From: a virus
Virus record (IMG/VR): IMGVR_UViG_3300009155_000038
Length of the DNA stretch: 64,000 nucleotides
Direction: 5' to 3' (one strand)
The position numbers and the translations under genes are program-made. This document shows, in pieces, positions 7,766-15,835 of this stretch (positions are counted from its first letter, which is position 1; every line of letters begins with the position of its first letter). The notes under the pieces are model-generated. The model had not been told where the DNA came from. It ran no database searches and worked only from the letters and a program-made list of their open reading frames with translations.

Positions 7766-9241
7766 TCAAGAGGCGCCCAACAACCGCATGGGCTTTGAAG
7801 CATAGGAAACAAGCGCGCGGGTGTCAGAATCAACGTCATCGTTAGCCATCCATGCTTGCGCGTCTCGGCACGTTTGAATTGTGCTTGGGACACTCAAGAA
7901 ATATCGCCGGCCAGTAGACCTGCAGAACAAGACCATACGGTTCTGTTGCGGACGGTTCCAGCGCACGTCATCTCTACTAGACTGTGACCGCGGTGCGCCG
8001 ACCAACATCTCGATAGTGTTATCAATATCGTTCGTGCGCCGGTCGAGCACCGGGCAGTCAGCCTCGACGATGAACTTATCCCAGCCAAAGCTTTCAATAG
8101 CCAACCGGCGAGTTTCCTCATTGTTAATACGCAGGATGTGCGCGGTCGTGAGCTTGTTTGGCGTATCTACAATGTATCTACCGCCTTCTTCCATGTAGTG
8201 CCCGTCGTTAAACCAGAGCCGGGTACCGTCAGTCCACGACACAGCCGGCCCTGTCGTGCTATGCAGATTACCTGCTTCGTTCGTGTGCATAGTCGGGCGG
8301 TCGGCCAGAATGATGCAGGACGACTGGAACGCTGCAAACGCGGTGCAGTGATGGAAGACTTCGTGCTCCCACGTCAGCTCGGGATCGTTGATGTGCAAGA
8401 TACGCGCCAGAATCTCAGCGTCGATAGCCTTGGGTACATTGCCCAGAAATACGGCGTCTCCGCTACGCGCTACTGCGTTGTTTGCGTTTCGCACGACGTC
8501 CTCGACATCGATAGCCTTGCGCAGCTCGCCGATAGCGCTGAGCGTAATGTTGTTGTCCCAGAGAGCAGAGCTAGAAATCTCGCCAAGTTTTTTGCTCGTT
8601 AATGCGACTGTGGTCGGTTGCTCTTTGCCATCCCAACTGCGCCGCAATTCAGTCTTGTTTTCTAGCGCATTGTGGTCATTTAAAAGCGACGCTACCATCC
8701 GCATAACGTTGTCTAGCGAGTTTGTGTTGTACGCCACCGCGGCGTTCTCACTATCAGAGCTAAATCGTGAACGAAACTGCGTACTGATTAGGCTAGTGGT
8801 CTGAGCTACCAATCGTTCTTGCGTAAGGTATTCAGCCCGGATAGCGCGCAGCCACGTACGACCGAATTCGCTATTGGCGTTGTGCCACCAGCGCCGATTG
8901 CCGCCGTTCCATTTGGCTAGCGGATCTCGGCGCAGGTCTTTCAGAAACCCCGGGTCGATGCCCAGCAAGCCGCAGATCTCTGTAGCCGTCTTCTTGTTCA
9001 TGCGGCCACGCGTAACTGTGACGGCAAGCATGAACGCCACAGGCGATGCTACGGTAAGAAATTTGACTTCTTTGAGCTTGTGCTTGGCGCTGCGGTGGGC
9101 GCCAATACCGGTCTTATACGCTGCTTGGATATACGTCTTAGCCTTTTCGATATTCGGCACGCCAGCGTAAACATTGTTTTCCCAGCGTGCAAACGTCTCT
9201 TGAACAATTGCGCTATGCGCTTTGGATATCTTGGACTTCAT
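7766..9241 (-). CDS. DUF6745 domain protein
   Basis: LHSTTGPAVSWTDGTRLWFNDG...ILRINNEETRRLAIESFGWDKF...CRSTGRRYFLSVP...AQAW recognised from memory. Confidence 0.72.
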   Translation of the reverse strand: MKSKISKAHSAIVQETFARWENNVYAGVPNIEKAKTYIQAAYKTGIGAHRSAKHKLKEVKFLTVASPVAFMLAVTVTRGRMNKKTATEICGLLGIDPGFLKDLRRDPLAKWNGGNRRWWHNANSEFGRTWLRAIRAEYLTQERLVAQTTSLISTQFRSRFSSDSENAAVAYNTNSLDNVMRMVASLLNDHNALENKTELRRSWDGKEQPTTVALTSKKLGEISSSALWDNNITLSAIGELRKAIDVEDVVRNANNAVARSGDAVFLGNVPKAIDAEILARILHINDPELTWEHEVFHHCTAFAAFQSSCIILADRPTMHTNEAGNLHSTTGPAVSWTDGTRLWFNDGHYMEEGGRYIVDTPNKLTTAHILRINNEETRRLAIESFGWDKFIVEADCPVLDRRTNDIDNTIEMLVGAPRSQSSRDDVRWNRPQQNRMVLFCRSTGRRYFLSVPSTIQTCRDAQAWMANDDVDSDTRALVSYASKPMRLLGAS

Positions 9242-9585
9242 GTGGTTTCTTGGTTAGTGACTTCGGAATGCGGCATGTAACAAGGGTGCTGATAGAGCAC
9301 CTTGCCGCCGCGGGATGTCTGAATTTTGATAATTCTATGGTCGAGAATATGTGCGCCGCCCATTGCGCGTTTGTTGTACAGCACAATTGGGACTTTATAT
9401 TGCCCGCCACTGCGGCTCACGTAGCCGCACATGTCCATACTGTCTCCCCAATCTTGGCCGGCTTCTGGGCCTGTGATGTTGCCGTACCGGAACTTGATGC
9501 GCTTGTTATACAACCGACATGCTTCCAGTATGTTGGCAACTTCTGCCGGCGTCTCATCGTGATACCATGTCCCGTTGAGTAGCAA
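9238..9585 (-). CDS. Hypothetical phage protein
   Basis: GTWYHDETPAEVANILE...YGNITGPEAGQDW...GGAHILDHRIIKI resembles small phage ORFs. Confidence 0.65.
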   Translation of the reverse strand: MLLNGTWYHDETPAEVANILEACRLYNKRIKFRYGNITGPEAGQDWGDSMDMCGYVSRSGGQYKVPIVLYNKRAMGGAHILDHRIIKIQTSRGGKVLYQHPCYMPHSEVTNQETT

Positions 9586-10264
9586 GTGTTTCCCCCTTGA
9601 GAGTTAAACCGTGCCGCGCTAGCGCTTCGCGAATTTGAGTTAAACTTGTAAGCCCAAACCCGCGGCATTCCATAAGATCAGCCGCACTAAGCGCTGTTAT
9701 GCTAGCGACAGATGTAGCGCCAAGGTTAAACAATGCTTTTTGTGCTCGGGGGCCTAAGCCCAGCCAGTAAACATGCTTTTGCAGAACGTCTGTCTCTTGC
9801 GCTGGTGGCGGCGCAGTGGGTCTTGGGTCGACAAAGCCGTAGCTAATTGACGCGCCCGTGGTGTTGATTTCAAACGTCTCAAAGAGATCGCAGTCGCCTA
9901 GCCAGTAATCATGGATTGGCAGGATCTCGACAAAGTCATCGCCGCCTACCAGTTCCCGGCTCATTCCATACCAGTCATCAAACTCGCCGACATTCGGGTC
10001 ACAGCCCTCGGCGTATATCACGCGATTAGTGTTGCCGTCTTCTGTAAGCAAGCGCGGCTCACCGTTGCTCATGAGGTAGACGCCCTGATCATGTACGAAT
10101 AAGAGCGCCGGGCCGCGGGGCGTTCTGTTAGTGATTGGCGGCAAGCCTGCTGCTGCGCACTCTTCGTCCGTCATGTTCTCGTAACCCATGTCGAACTCAG
10201 CTGCAGCCATAGCGTGCTCAATGAGCGGCTTCAGCTCCGACGTCTTGAACCTGCAGATTCCCAT
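9554..10264 (-). CDS. DUF3085 domain fused to an RNA polymerase alpha-CTD-like HhH domain
   Basis: LLFVHDQGVYLMSNG...YAEGCDP...GGDDFVE (DUF3085) and C-terminal LGLGPRAQKAL..LGATSVASITALSAADLMECRGFGLTSLTQIREALARHGLTL (alphaCTD consensus L.LSVRA.NCL....I..L.DL......LL...NFG.KSL.EI...L...GL.L). Confidence 0.75.
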   Translation of the reverse strand: MGICRFKTSELKPLIEHAMAAAEFDMGYENMTDEECAAAGLPPITNRTPRGPALLFVHDQGVYLMSNGEPRLLTEDGNTNRVIYAEGCDPNVGEFDDWYGMSRELVGGDDFVEILPIHDYWLGDCDLFETFEINTTGASISYGFVDPRPTAPPPAQETDVLQKHVYWLGLGPRAQKALFNLGATSVASITALSAADLMECRGFGLTSLTQIREALARHGLTLKGETLATQRDMVSR

Positions 10265-10267
10265 CTT

Positions 10268-10537
10268 CTAGTTCCCTTTCGAGATGCTTGCTGCGGTCAA
10301 ATTTTGCCGCAGTTCGTTTATTAGTCTGGTACCCAGTTCATCTTCGCCAGCGGAGCCGTTGAGTAACGCGCTCTCATCGCCGTTGTCTGCTAACTCATCG
10401 GCGATGGCGTCAGTGAGGTTGAGCAAGCCAGAAATTAGTGCGTCGTTTACGTCAAACTTTTCCAGATAACACAGTAAAAGCCGCTGAGCGTACAGCTCTG
10501 TTGTGTCGATACCGAGCGTGATATTTATGCGTGTCAT
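10268..10537 (-). CDS. Hypothetical protein
   Basis: Start re-called at ATG 10537, which overlaps the upstream TGA (ATGA). Confidence 0.6.
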   Translation of the reverse strand: MTRINITLGIDTTELYAQRLLLCYLEKFDVNDALISGLLNLTDAIADELADNGDESALLNGSAGEDELGTRLINELRQNLTAASISKGN

Positions 10538-10911
10538 GCGGTTGTCTCTACTTCCTCTGTTTCTGCTAGCTCCCTTTCGAGATTCTTGCCGCGGCCAAGC
10601 ATCCAGCCTTCGGTTTTGATATTTGAAAGCCAATCCGCCACGGTGGGGATTCGGCCTAGGTCTTCTTTGACGTGCTGCTCGCCTATATAGCGCACAGGAA
10701 CGACTCTGCCGGCTGAGTTCACGATCGTCACGCCGAAGATCCTCTCGGCCATGAAAATGCCCTCCGTGTGGTGGCGAAGGGCTCTGTGGCGAAAGTCAGC
10801 CATGTGCGCTTTGGACTCATCGAACCAGTCGTGGATCTTCTGGTAGTCCTCGGGTTCGCCGCCCCACTTACGGGCTGACGATATCGCGTGGTGGTATGGG
10901 TGAGCCATCAT
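10534..10911 (-). CDS. DUF6915 family protein
   Basis: MAHPYHHAISSARKWGG.PEDY..IHDWFDESK...RHRALRHHTEGIF.AERIFG recognised from memory. Confidence 0.8.
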   Translation of the reverse strand: MMAHPYHHAISSARKWGGEPEDYQKIHDWFDESKAHMADFRHRALRHHTEGIFMAERIFGVTIVNSAGRVVPVRYIGEQHVKEDLGRIPTVADWLSNIKTEGWMLGRGKNLERELAETEEVETTA

Positions 10912-11096
10912 TTCCTTTCGTTATACGGCGGATCACTCACCTTGAGTTTGCCTTCTGCTTTGGCGACTGCTTCTATTGCGTCATTGAGCCATCTAGGCAT
11001 ATCGTCGTTACTGATGTGCTTGTGCGCCCATATCACACTGCGCAGCGCATTCAACATGTCGGTGCTTGCTGCGATTAGATGGGAGTCCTGCATCAC
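10908..11096 (-). CDS. Small hypothetical protein
   Basis: LIAASTDMLNAL...AIEAVAKAEG is a common phage motif; 4-nt overlaps at both ends. Confidence 0.65.
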   Translation of the reverse strand: MMQDSHLIAASTDMLNALRSVIWAHKHISNDDMPRWLNDAIEAVAKAEGKLKVSDPPYNERK

Positions 11097-11380
11097 TCCT
11101 CCGCGTCGGTTTTGCTGTAGTCACCGGCTTCTGTATCGCATTCAAATGTATGCGCAATTGCTTCAAAACAACTTTTGCGCAGACTTTTGTCTTCGTCGAG
11201 AAACAGGCGCTTGATAGCGGATGCAATGTGTGTGCCAGCGCACCAACCAATATCTGTCTTCCCGTTGTCAATAGACCAATACAGTTTTTCTTTTACCACG
11301 TCTTTCATGTCTTCGCGGTAATTTAATATTGTTAGCTTGACGGTGATTTCTTTATCGCAATCAATTTCTCCGCTCATCAT
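11093..11380 (-). CDS. Hypothetical protein
   Basis: 4-nt overlaps with neighbours. Confidence 0.55.
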   Translation of the reverse strand: MMSGEIDCDKEITVKLTILNYREDMKDVVKEKLYWSIDNGKTDIGWCAGTHIASAIKRLFLDEDKSLRKSCFEAIAHTFECDTEAGDYSKTDAEE

Positions 11381-11631
11381 TCCTCCGATACGCGTTTATT
11401 AGTTAGCCGCGGGACCATCCGGTCGTATGGCGGGTTGTCCGGCGGGCTTAAAGAAGCCAGCAGGTTTTCAAGTATGTCGATCTCTTCGTCAAATCCTCGG
11501 TCAGACAAATCCATTGCCGTTAATACTTGTTCTCGCGTCCTTGGCATATCTGTCACGACAACCCGGATAAACTCCAGCGCCGTGATAAGCGCTGACTGTA
11601 ACCCGGACGGTAATGGTTGCTGCTTTTTCAT
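11377..11631 (-). CDS. Hypothetical protein
   Basis: Coupled overlaps with neighbours. Confidence 0.55.
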   Translation of the reverse strand: MKKQQPLPSGLQSALITALEFIRVVVTDMPRTREQVLTAMDLSDRGFDEEIDILENLLASLSPPDNPPYDRMVPRLTNKRVSEE

Positions 11632-12158
11632 TAAAAATCCCGTTCGTATGTGTGAACGTCAGAAATGCGTTCGTTTACCACCATGTGAATTTTGCTGTCC
11701 ACAAGGTCAATATCAATCTCGCCGTAACTACCTTCGTTGATTTCCCAGCCGTTCGGTAGGATGTGCCACATGGCAACCTCGAACGCGTTGAGCTTCATAG
11801 TCAGCTGTTCGAGTTGTTCAGTCGTTCGTGCACTATCAATTGTTTGGCGCTTAAACGTACTGAACGACATGCCGTGTTCGTCGTTTTCAAGTGCTACTTG
11901 GTGTGGATATGTCGCGTTGCGTTCTGCGGGGACGCGATTAGGTAGTATCTTAAATACGTCAAAATCACCGCTATCGCCGCTGCCGTCAAACTCTGCGTGC
12001 ACCATTTCAAAACCAAATGAGTGCAATAGCGCGCATGTTTCTTTGATAATTTCTTCTGGCTTTTTAGTTTTTGTGGCTGGCACTTTGCCTCCGTTCAATG
12101 CTTGATCGATGCGCTGTTGCATCTCAAACTGCGTCGGTCTGTATTCCGGGCTGGTCAT
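11631..12158 (-). CDS. DUF6878 family protein
   Basis: EFDGSGDSGD...GWEINEGSYGEI motif, usually found near DUF6915. Confidence 0.72.
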   Translation of the reverse strand: MTSPEYRPTQFEMQQRIDQALNGGKVPATKTKKPEEIIKETCALLHSFGFEMVHAEFDGSGDSGDFDVFKILPNRVPAERNATYPHQVALENDEHGMSFSTFKRQTIDSARTTEQLEQLTMKLNAFEVAMWHILPNGWEINEGSYGEIDIDLVDSKIHMVVNERISDVHTYERDF

Positions 12159-12160
12159 AG

Positions 12161-12673
12161 CTAGTAGCTCGCGTAGATCGTGCAGGGCTTGCCTGTTTCA
12201 CGTTCCTTCTGCTCGGCTAGCGCTACAAAATCTCGAAACGACTGCAGGACGCGCTCGGTCATATCTGGGTCATCGCCGGCATAGACAGTGCGTTGTCGTT
12301 CTCGCACAGCTTCTTCGACGGTCATGGGCGATGTCGTGTCGCGCTCTTCGATAGGTCCGCCTTCAATCTGCATACCCATCGTCTGGAACATCTGCATAAT
12401 CTGCGCGGCCATCTCATGACCGACGCTACTGTTGTACGCCGGCTCAGTGACATTCGTGAGTCGCTCGCGCAGAATCTCAGCCGGGATTTCAGCGCGGCAT
12501 GTCTCACTCTCAAACGCTTCGCGGCACAAGATCTTGGTGGCATAGGGGCCGCCGTGATAAGCCTCGCGCAGATAGCCAGCGCTTCCTGATGTTACAGAGA
12601 ATCCTGTACTCCACTGAGCTTTCTTGTCATCTTCATTGATGCCGGCCCACTCCAAATAAATATCAATTCCCAC
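12161..12673 (-). CDS. Hypothetical protein
   Basis: MGIDIYLEW...GYLREAYHGGPY; GGAGG upstream. Confidence 0.7.
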   Translation of the reverse strand: MGIDIYLEWAGINEDDKKAQWSTGFSVTSGSAGYLREAYHGGPYATKILCREAFESETCRAEIPAEILRERLTNVTEPAYNSSVGHEMAAQIMQMFQTMGMQIEGGPIEERDTTSPMTVEEAVRERQRTVYAGDDPDMTERVLQSFRDFVALAEQKERETGKPCTIYASY

Positions 12674-12687
12674 AAGTACCTCCGGTT

Positions 12688-12726
12688 AAAAGAAGAGGGC
12701 GCCGAGTTTTTACACTCGACGCCCTC
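12688..12726 (-). terminator. Intrinsic terminator
   Basis: Stem GAGGGCGTCGAGT/ACTCGGCGCCCTC (one G-U on minus strand) followed by TTCTTTT. Confidence 0.72.
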
Positions 12727-12756
12727 CATGGCGTTCATTGTCAGTATCAGTCGCGA

Positions 12757-13086
12757 TTAGCGGCGGACGGGCTTGTACACCGTGCGGTTGGTCTTCCGCA
12801 CCACGTGCCCGCCGAAGAGGCGGTTACGGCAGTGCTCACTGGTTTCCTGCTCGACGTTGTAGAGCTTCTGTGTCTGGCAGCGACCACTGGTGCAAACCGG
12901 AGAAGCATCGCAGTCCGTGCAAGCAGCAACGGGAGCAGCCGCCACGGGTGCCGGCGTGCAATCAGTGCAGGCCGCCTTCTGCCCGTGATTCACAACCACA
13001 ACGCTCTGGGGCTCACCGCTGTTACCAGCAGCAGCAACCGAGACGAACGACAGAACAGCAACAACCGCAGTAAAACAAAACTTCAT
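12757..13086 (-). CDS. Secreted Cys-rich peptide (Planctomycete-style signal peptide and CxxC repeats)
   Basis: MKFCFTAVVAVLSFVSVAAAG signal; ACTDC occurs twice; basic tail RLFGGHVVRKTNR; start re-called at 13086 (AAGGAG upstream). Confidence 0.72.
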   Translation of the reverse strand: MKFCFTAVVAVLSFVSVAAAGNSGEPQSVVVVNHGQKAACTDCTPAPVAAAPVAACTDCDASPVCTSGRCQTQKLYNVEQETSEHCRNRLFGGHVVRKTNRTVYKPVRR

Positions 13087-13184
13087 CGTAAACTCCTTAA
13101 AACACTTCCATGCAAACACAAACGTATGTGCTTGCCACTCTTTTGCGTGGTTCCACCACGCATCATCGGCTAGGCGCTACAAGC

Positions 13185-13213
13185 ACCATAACTGATTGAT
13201 TTTTCTTCTGCAA
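13185..13213 (-). promoter_or_regulatory. sigma70-like promoter TTGCAG-N17-TATGGT
   Basis: Consensus-like hexamers with 17-nt spacer in an AT-rich intergenic gap upstream of 13086. Confidence 0.45.
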
Positions 13214-13228
13214 CCCCAACTTTGCGCG

Positions 13229-13558
13229 TCAATCATCGGCTAATTGCGCCATACCGCTTTCGCAGATAGACCGGCACTCATCGGGGTTTGCGTCGAGCCA
13301 CACCCAAAACCACTTGCTGAGCATTTGCTGCTCTGCCGCAGTTGGGCGTCTTCCTACCTCGTCGCCCTCAAACTTCACCAGCGCGCAGACGACGCTCTCA
13401 GGTTCGACACTTGGGTCATACCCGGGGTAGCCGTCGCCATTGCTGTCATACATGACTCCCGAATCTCCCGGGTCGTATGTGAAATCAATATCAAACTCAA
13501 ACTCGCCGGCAAAGCCAGTTGGGTTTTTTCCGAGTTCATCTTCGACAGACCAGCGCAT
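13229..13558 (-). CDS. Hypothetical acidic protein
   Basis: 109 aa; GAGG upstream. Confidence 0.65.
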   Translation of the reverse strand: MRWSVEDELGKNPTGFAGEFEFDIDFTYDPGDSGVMYDSNGDGYPGYDPSVEPESVVCALVKFEGDEVGRRPTAAEQQMLSKWFWVWLDANPDECRSICESGMAQLADD

Positions 13559-13560
13559 AG

Positions 13561-13824
13561 TTACCTCGTTACGTGAACTGGGCGTAAAGTCAATTCGTTA
13601 TCCAACCACGCAATCTCGGCAGCCAGCGCTTCTGCTCGTGTGTCAAACGGGCCAAGGAATGGACCGTTTACGGGCGCAAGATCAGCACCCCACTTTCCGG
13701 GCTGGTCTGCAATAGGCTCGACGTGGCTGGCACGCTTGATATCCAACTCGCCGAGCGCTGACAGATTGATATCTTCGTTGTAGACGCATTGGGCTGTACC
13801 GTCTGGGCGAACATAGATATTCAT
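13561..13824 (-). CDS. Conserved small protein associated with Ycf46-type AAA ATPase modules
   Basis: IYVRPDGTAQCVYNEDINLSALGELDIKRASHVEP...W.ADL.PVNGP.LGPF..R.EAL.AE..WL. Confidence 0.72.
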   Translation of the reverse strand: MNIYVRPDGTAQCVYNEDINLSALGELDIKRASHVEPIADQPGKWGADLAPVNGPFLGPFDTRAEALAAEIAWLDNELTLRPVHVTR

Positions 13825-14819
13825 TTGTTGTCTCCCATAGATATCAACCGGCGACCAGTAGCCGCGGCAAAGTCAAACGGCTCACGCCGCGGGGGCAATG
13901 ACGCCAACACCGCATGAGACGTACCAGCTCTGCGAGTAATATCTGCGTTATTGTACGCCTCAAAGTCCGACATATTTCGGATACGTGCATTTGGAAATAC
14001 AGCCGAGTCGATTGTTTCCGCGCGCACGTACTGCTGCTGGTCGCGATTGTATTCCGGGCTGAGCCGAATATTGCCGCCAACGATTCTGGTGTGGCCCTTG
14101 ATGTGCAGGAACGCGTGAAAGTCCTGACAGCCAACGATCATGACGTCATCAGTGATAAGCAAATGTCCGCTTTCGTCTGTGGCATGGGTGCGGTATTTGT
14201 TCGACATGATCAGCGAGCTGGACAGAATCTTGGCGTTATTTTTGATGGTGATATAGCCGCTCAGGGTAGATGCAATAATGACAATGTTGTTCATCAAGTA
14301 AACATCGCCATACACGTGCGAACGGAGGAGCTGCGTATATCCAGTGATACGGGCGTGATTCTCGACGGTGCTGTCTCTGATAAACGGATACTCGCGGATC
14401 GTGGCGTTACCCTTGATCATGCTTGTGCCGCAGATCGTGCCGCCGTAGACCGCTGCTTTTTCAGTAACCTTGGAGTCGTCGTACAGCATGGTGTTGCCGC
14501 CAACAAAACCAAGGTTACGCACTTCGGCAGCGTCGCGAACATAGGCACTGCCGGCTACATTTGCGCGATCTCTAATTCTGGCGTTTCCCTCGACCACAGC
14601 GTTTTGATATACCTGCGCCAGCTTGCTTACAAATACCGTATCAGAAACCTTGGCCGTGTCCTCGACCCAACCGTTGCCATTTACATGCCGGTGCGCGAAT
14701 ACCTTGCCCCGGCCATCTTTGAAATCATGTTTCGGTGCCCGCACTTTGCGGGGCTTCTTGGCCGCCGGCGCCGGAGTTTCTGACTCCAGCTCCGGCGCCG
14801 GTGAAACGACTTCTGACAT
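13821..14819 (-). CDS. Left-handed beta-helix (hexapeptide repeat) protein
   Basis: Repeats such as AKVSDT, AQVYQN, AVVEGN, ARIRDR, ANVAGS, AYVRDA. Confidence 0.75.
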   Translation of the reverse strand: MSEVVSPAPELESETPAPAAKKPRKVRAPKHDFKDGRGKVFAHRHVNGNGWVEDTAKVSDTVFVSKLAQVYQNAVVEGNARIRDRANVAGSAYVRDAAEVRNLGFVGGNTMLYDDSKVTEKAAVYGGTICGTSMIKGNATIREYPFIRDSTVENHARITGYTQLLRSHVYGDVYLMNNIVIIASTLSGYITIKNNAKILSSSLIMSNKYRTHATDESGHLLITDDVMIVGCQDFHAFLHIKGHTRIVGGNIRLSPEYNRDQQQYVRAETIDSAVFPNARIRNMSDFEAYNNADITRRAGTSHAVLASLPPRREPFDFAAATGRRLISMGDNK

Positions 14820-14821
14820 GT

Positions 14822-15772
14822 TTACTCCATGCTTATGATGCGACGACGTGGCGCGTCGACAATTACGCTGTTCAGCGCAGTTTGCAGATTTGACATCTGC
14901 GCAGTCAGGTTCTGCCGCAGCGACTTATCGGTGCGAAGCTCTTGAGCGCTGACGCCGCTGACGAGGTTGCTGGCCTGCGAGATAAGCGATTCCAGCTGCG
15001 GGTTCGACCGCACATTCATCTTGCGGAAGTTCTCATAGAACTCCTTGAAGTTATCGACAGCCGTGGAGCGGAATTTCTTCTGCGTCCCGTCTGGGTTATC
15101 GGCCAGCCGCTCGATTAGGTGCGACACCATGTCAGACAGCTGCTCGGCAAACGCTTCCTCGGCCATGGTGACAGCGTTCTCGAAGCGCTGCTGTACCCGG
15201 TTTTGCTCCTGCTCATACAGCTCGGGGTTGAAGTTCATGAGATACCGCGGCGGCTCGACGGGCGGATACTCCCACGAAATGGTAAACATGCCTTCCAGAG
15301 TCGCCGGATAGTCAGACGGGTTATACAGCTGACCCAGCTTTTCGCGGGCAGCAACCTTGATAGCCTCGTATTCCAGCTGCAGGTTTGCAGCGGCCGCGGA
15401 GAGCTGATCTTTGAACTCTCGCATCTTGGTTTCGAACGCCTCGACGTCTGCCTGTCGAATAAGCCGCACGCCTTCCTGCGGATAGGGCAGGGTCATGCCG
15501 CGCCAATAGGCTGAGGCCTGATGCTTGATAGCCGTAACGGCTTTGTAGGCCGGGTGCTTTGTATCGATCAGCTTCTTTGAAGCCGAAACGAGATCCGCCG
15601 CCGCGTCGAAGCTACTTGCTGCCTGCGTGGTCTGCGCATCCGACAGTTTGCGGTGCGTACCCAGCCACGAGAACGCAAGCTTGACGGCGCCCATGCTTTG
15701 GCGCATTTCACGAGCTGTGCCGTTAACGCTGGCTTCGGCGGGCGTTTGTGTTGTTTCAGTCTCTGTGGACAT
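14822..15772 (-). CDS. DUF3150-like coiled-coil protein
   Basis: SASKKLID.KHPAYKAV...TLPYPQEGVRLI...Y..LRE..REKLG.LYN.SDYP; helical throughout; downstream of the AAA ATPase. Confidence 0.68.
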   Translation of the reverse strand: MSTETETTQTPAEASVNGTAREMRQSMGAVKLAFSWLGTHRKLSDAQTTQAASSFDAAADLVSASKKLIDTKHPAYKAVTAIKHQASAYWRGMTLPYPQEGVRLIRQADVEAFETKMREFKDQLSAAAANLQLEYEAIKVAAREKLGQLYNPSDYPATLEGMFTISWEYPPVEPPRYLMNFNPELYEQEQNRVQQRFENAVTMAEEAFAEQLSDMVSHLIERLADNPDGTQKKFRSTAVDNFKEFYENFRKMNVRSNPQLESLISQASNLVSGVSAQELRTDKSLRQNLTAQMSNLQTALNSVIVDAPRRRIISME

Positions 15773-15798
15773 GTTTCCCCTTTTTGTTATTTAAAACT

Positions 15799-15829
15799 CA
15801 GCGCTGCAACTGCACAGTTGCCAACGCTG
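15799..15829 (-). terminator. Intergenic hairpin (weak terminator or processing site) between ATPase and DUF3150 genes
   Basis: CAGCG..GCAACT/AGTTGC..CGCTG followed on the minus strand by AGTTTT. Confidence 0.4.
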
Positions 15830-15835
15830 TAACTA

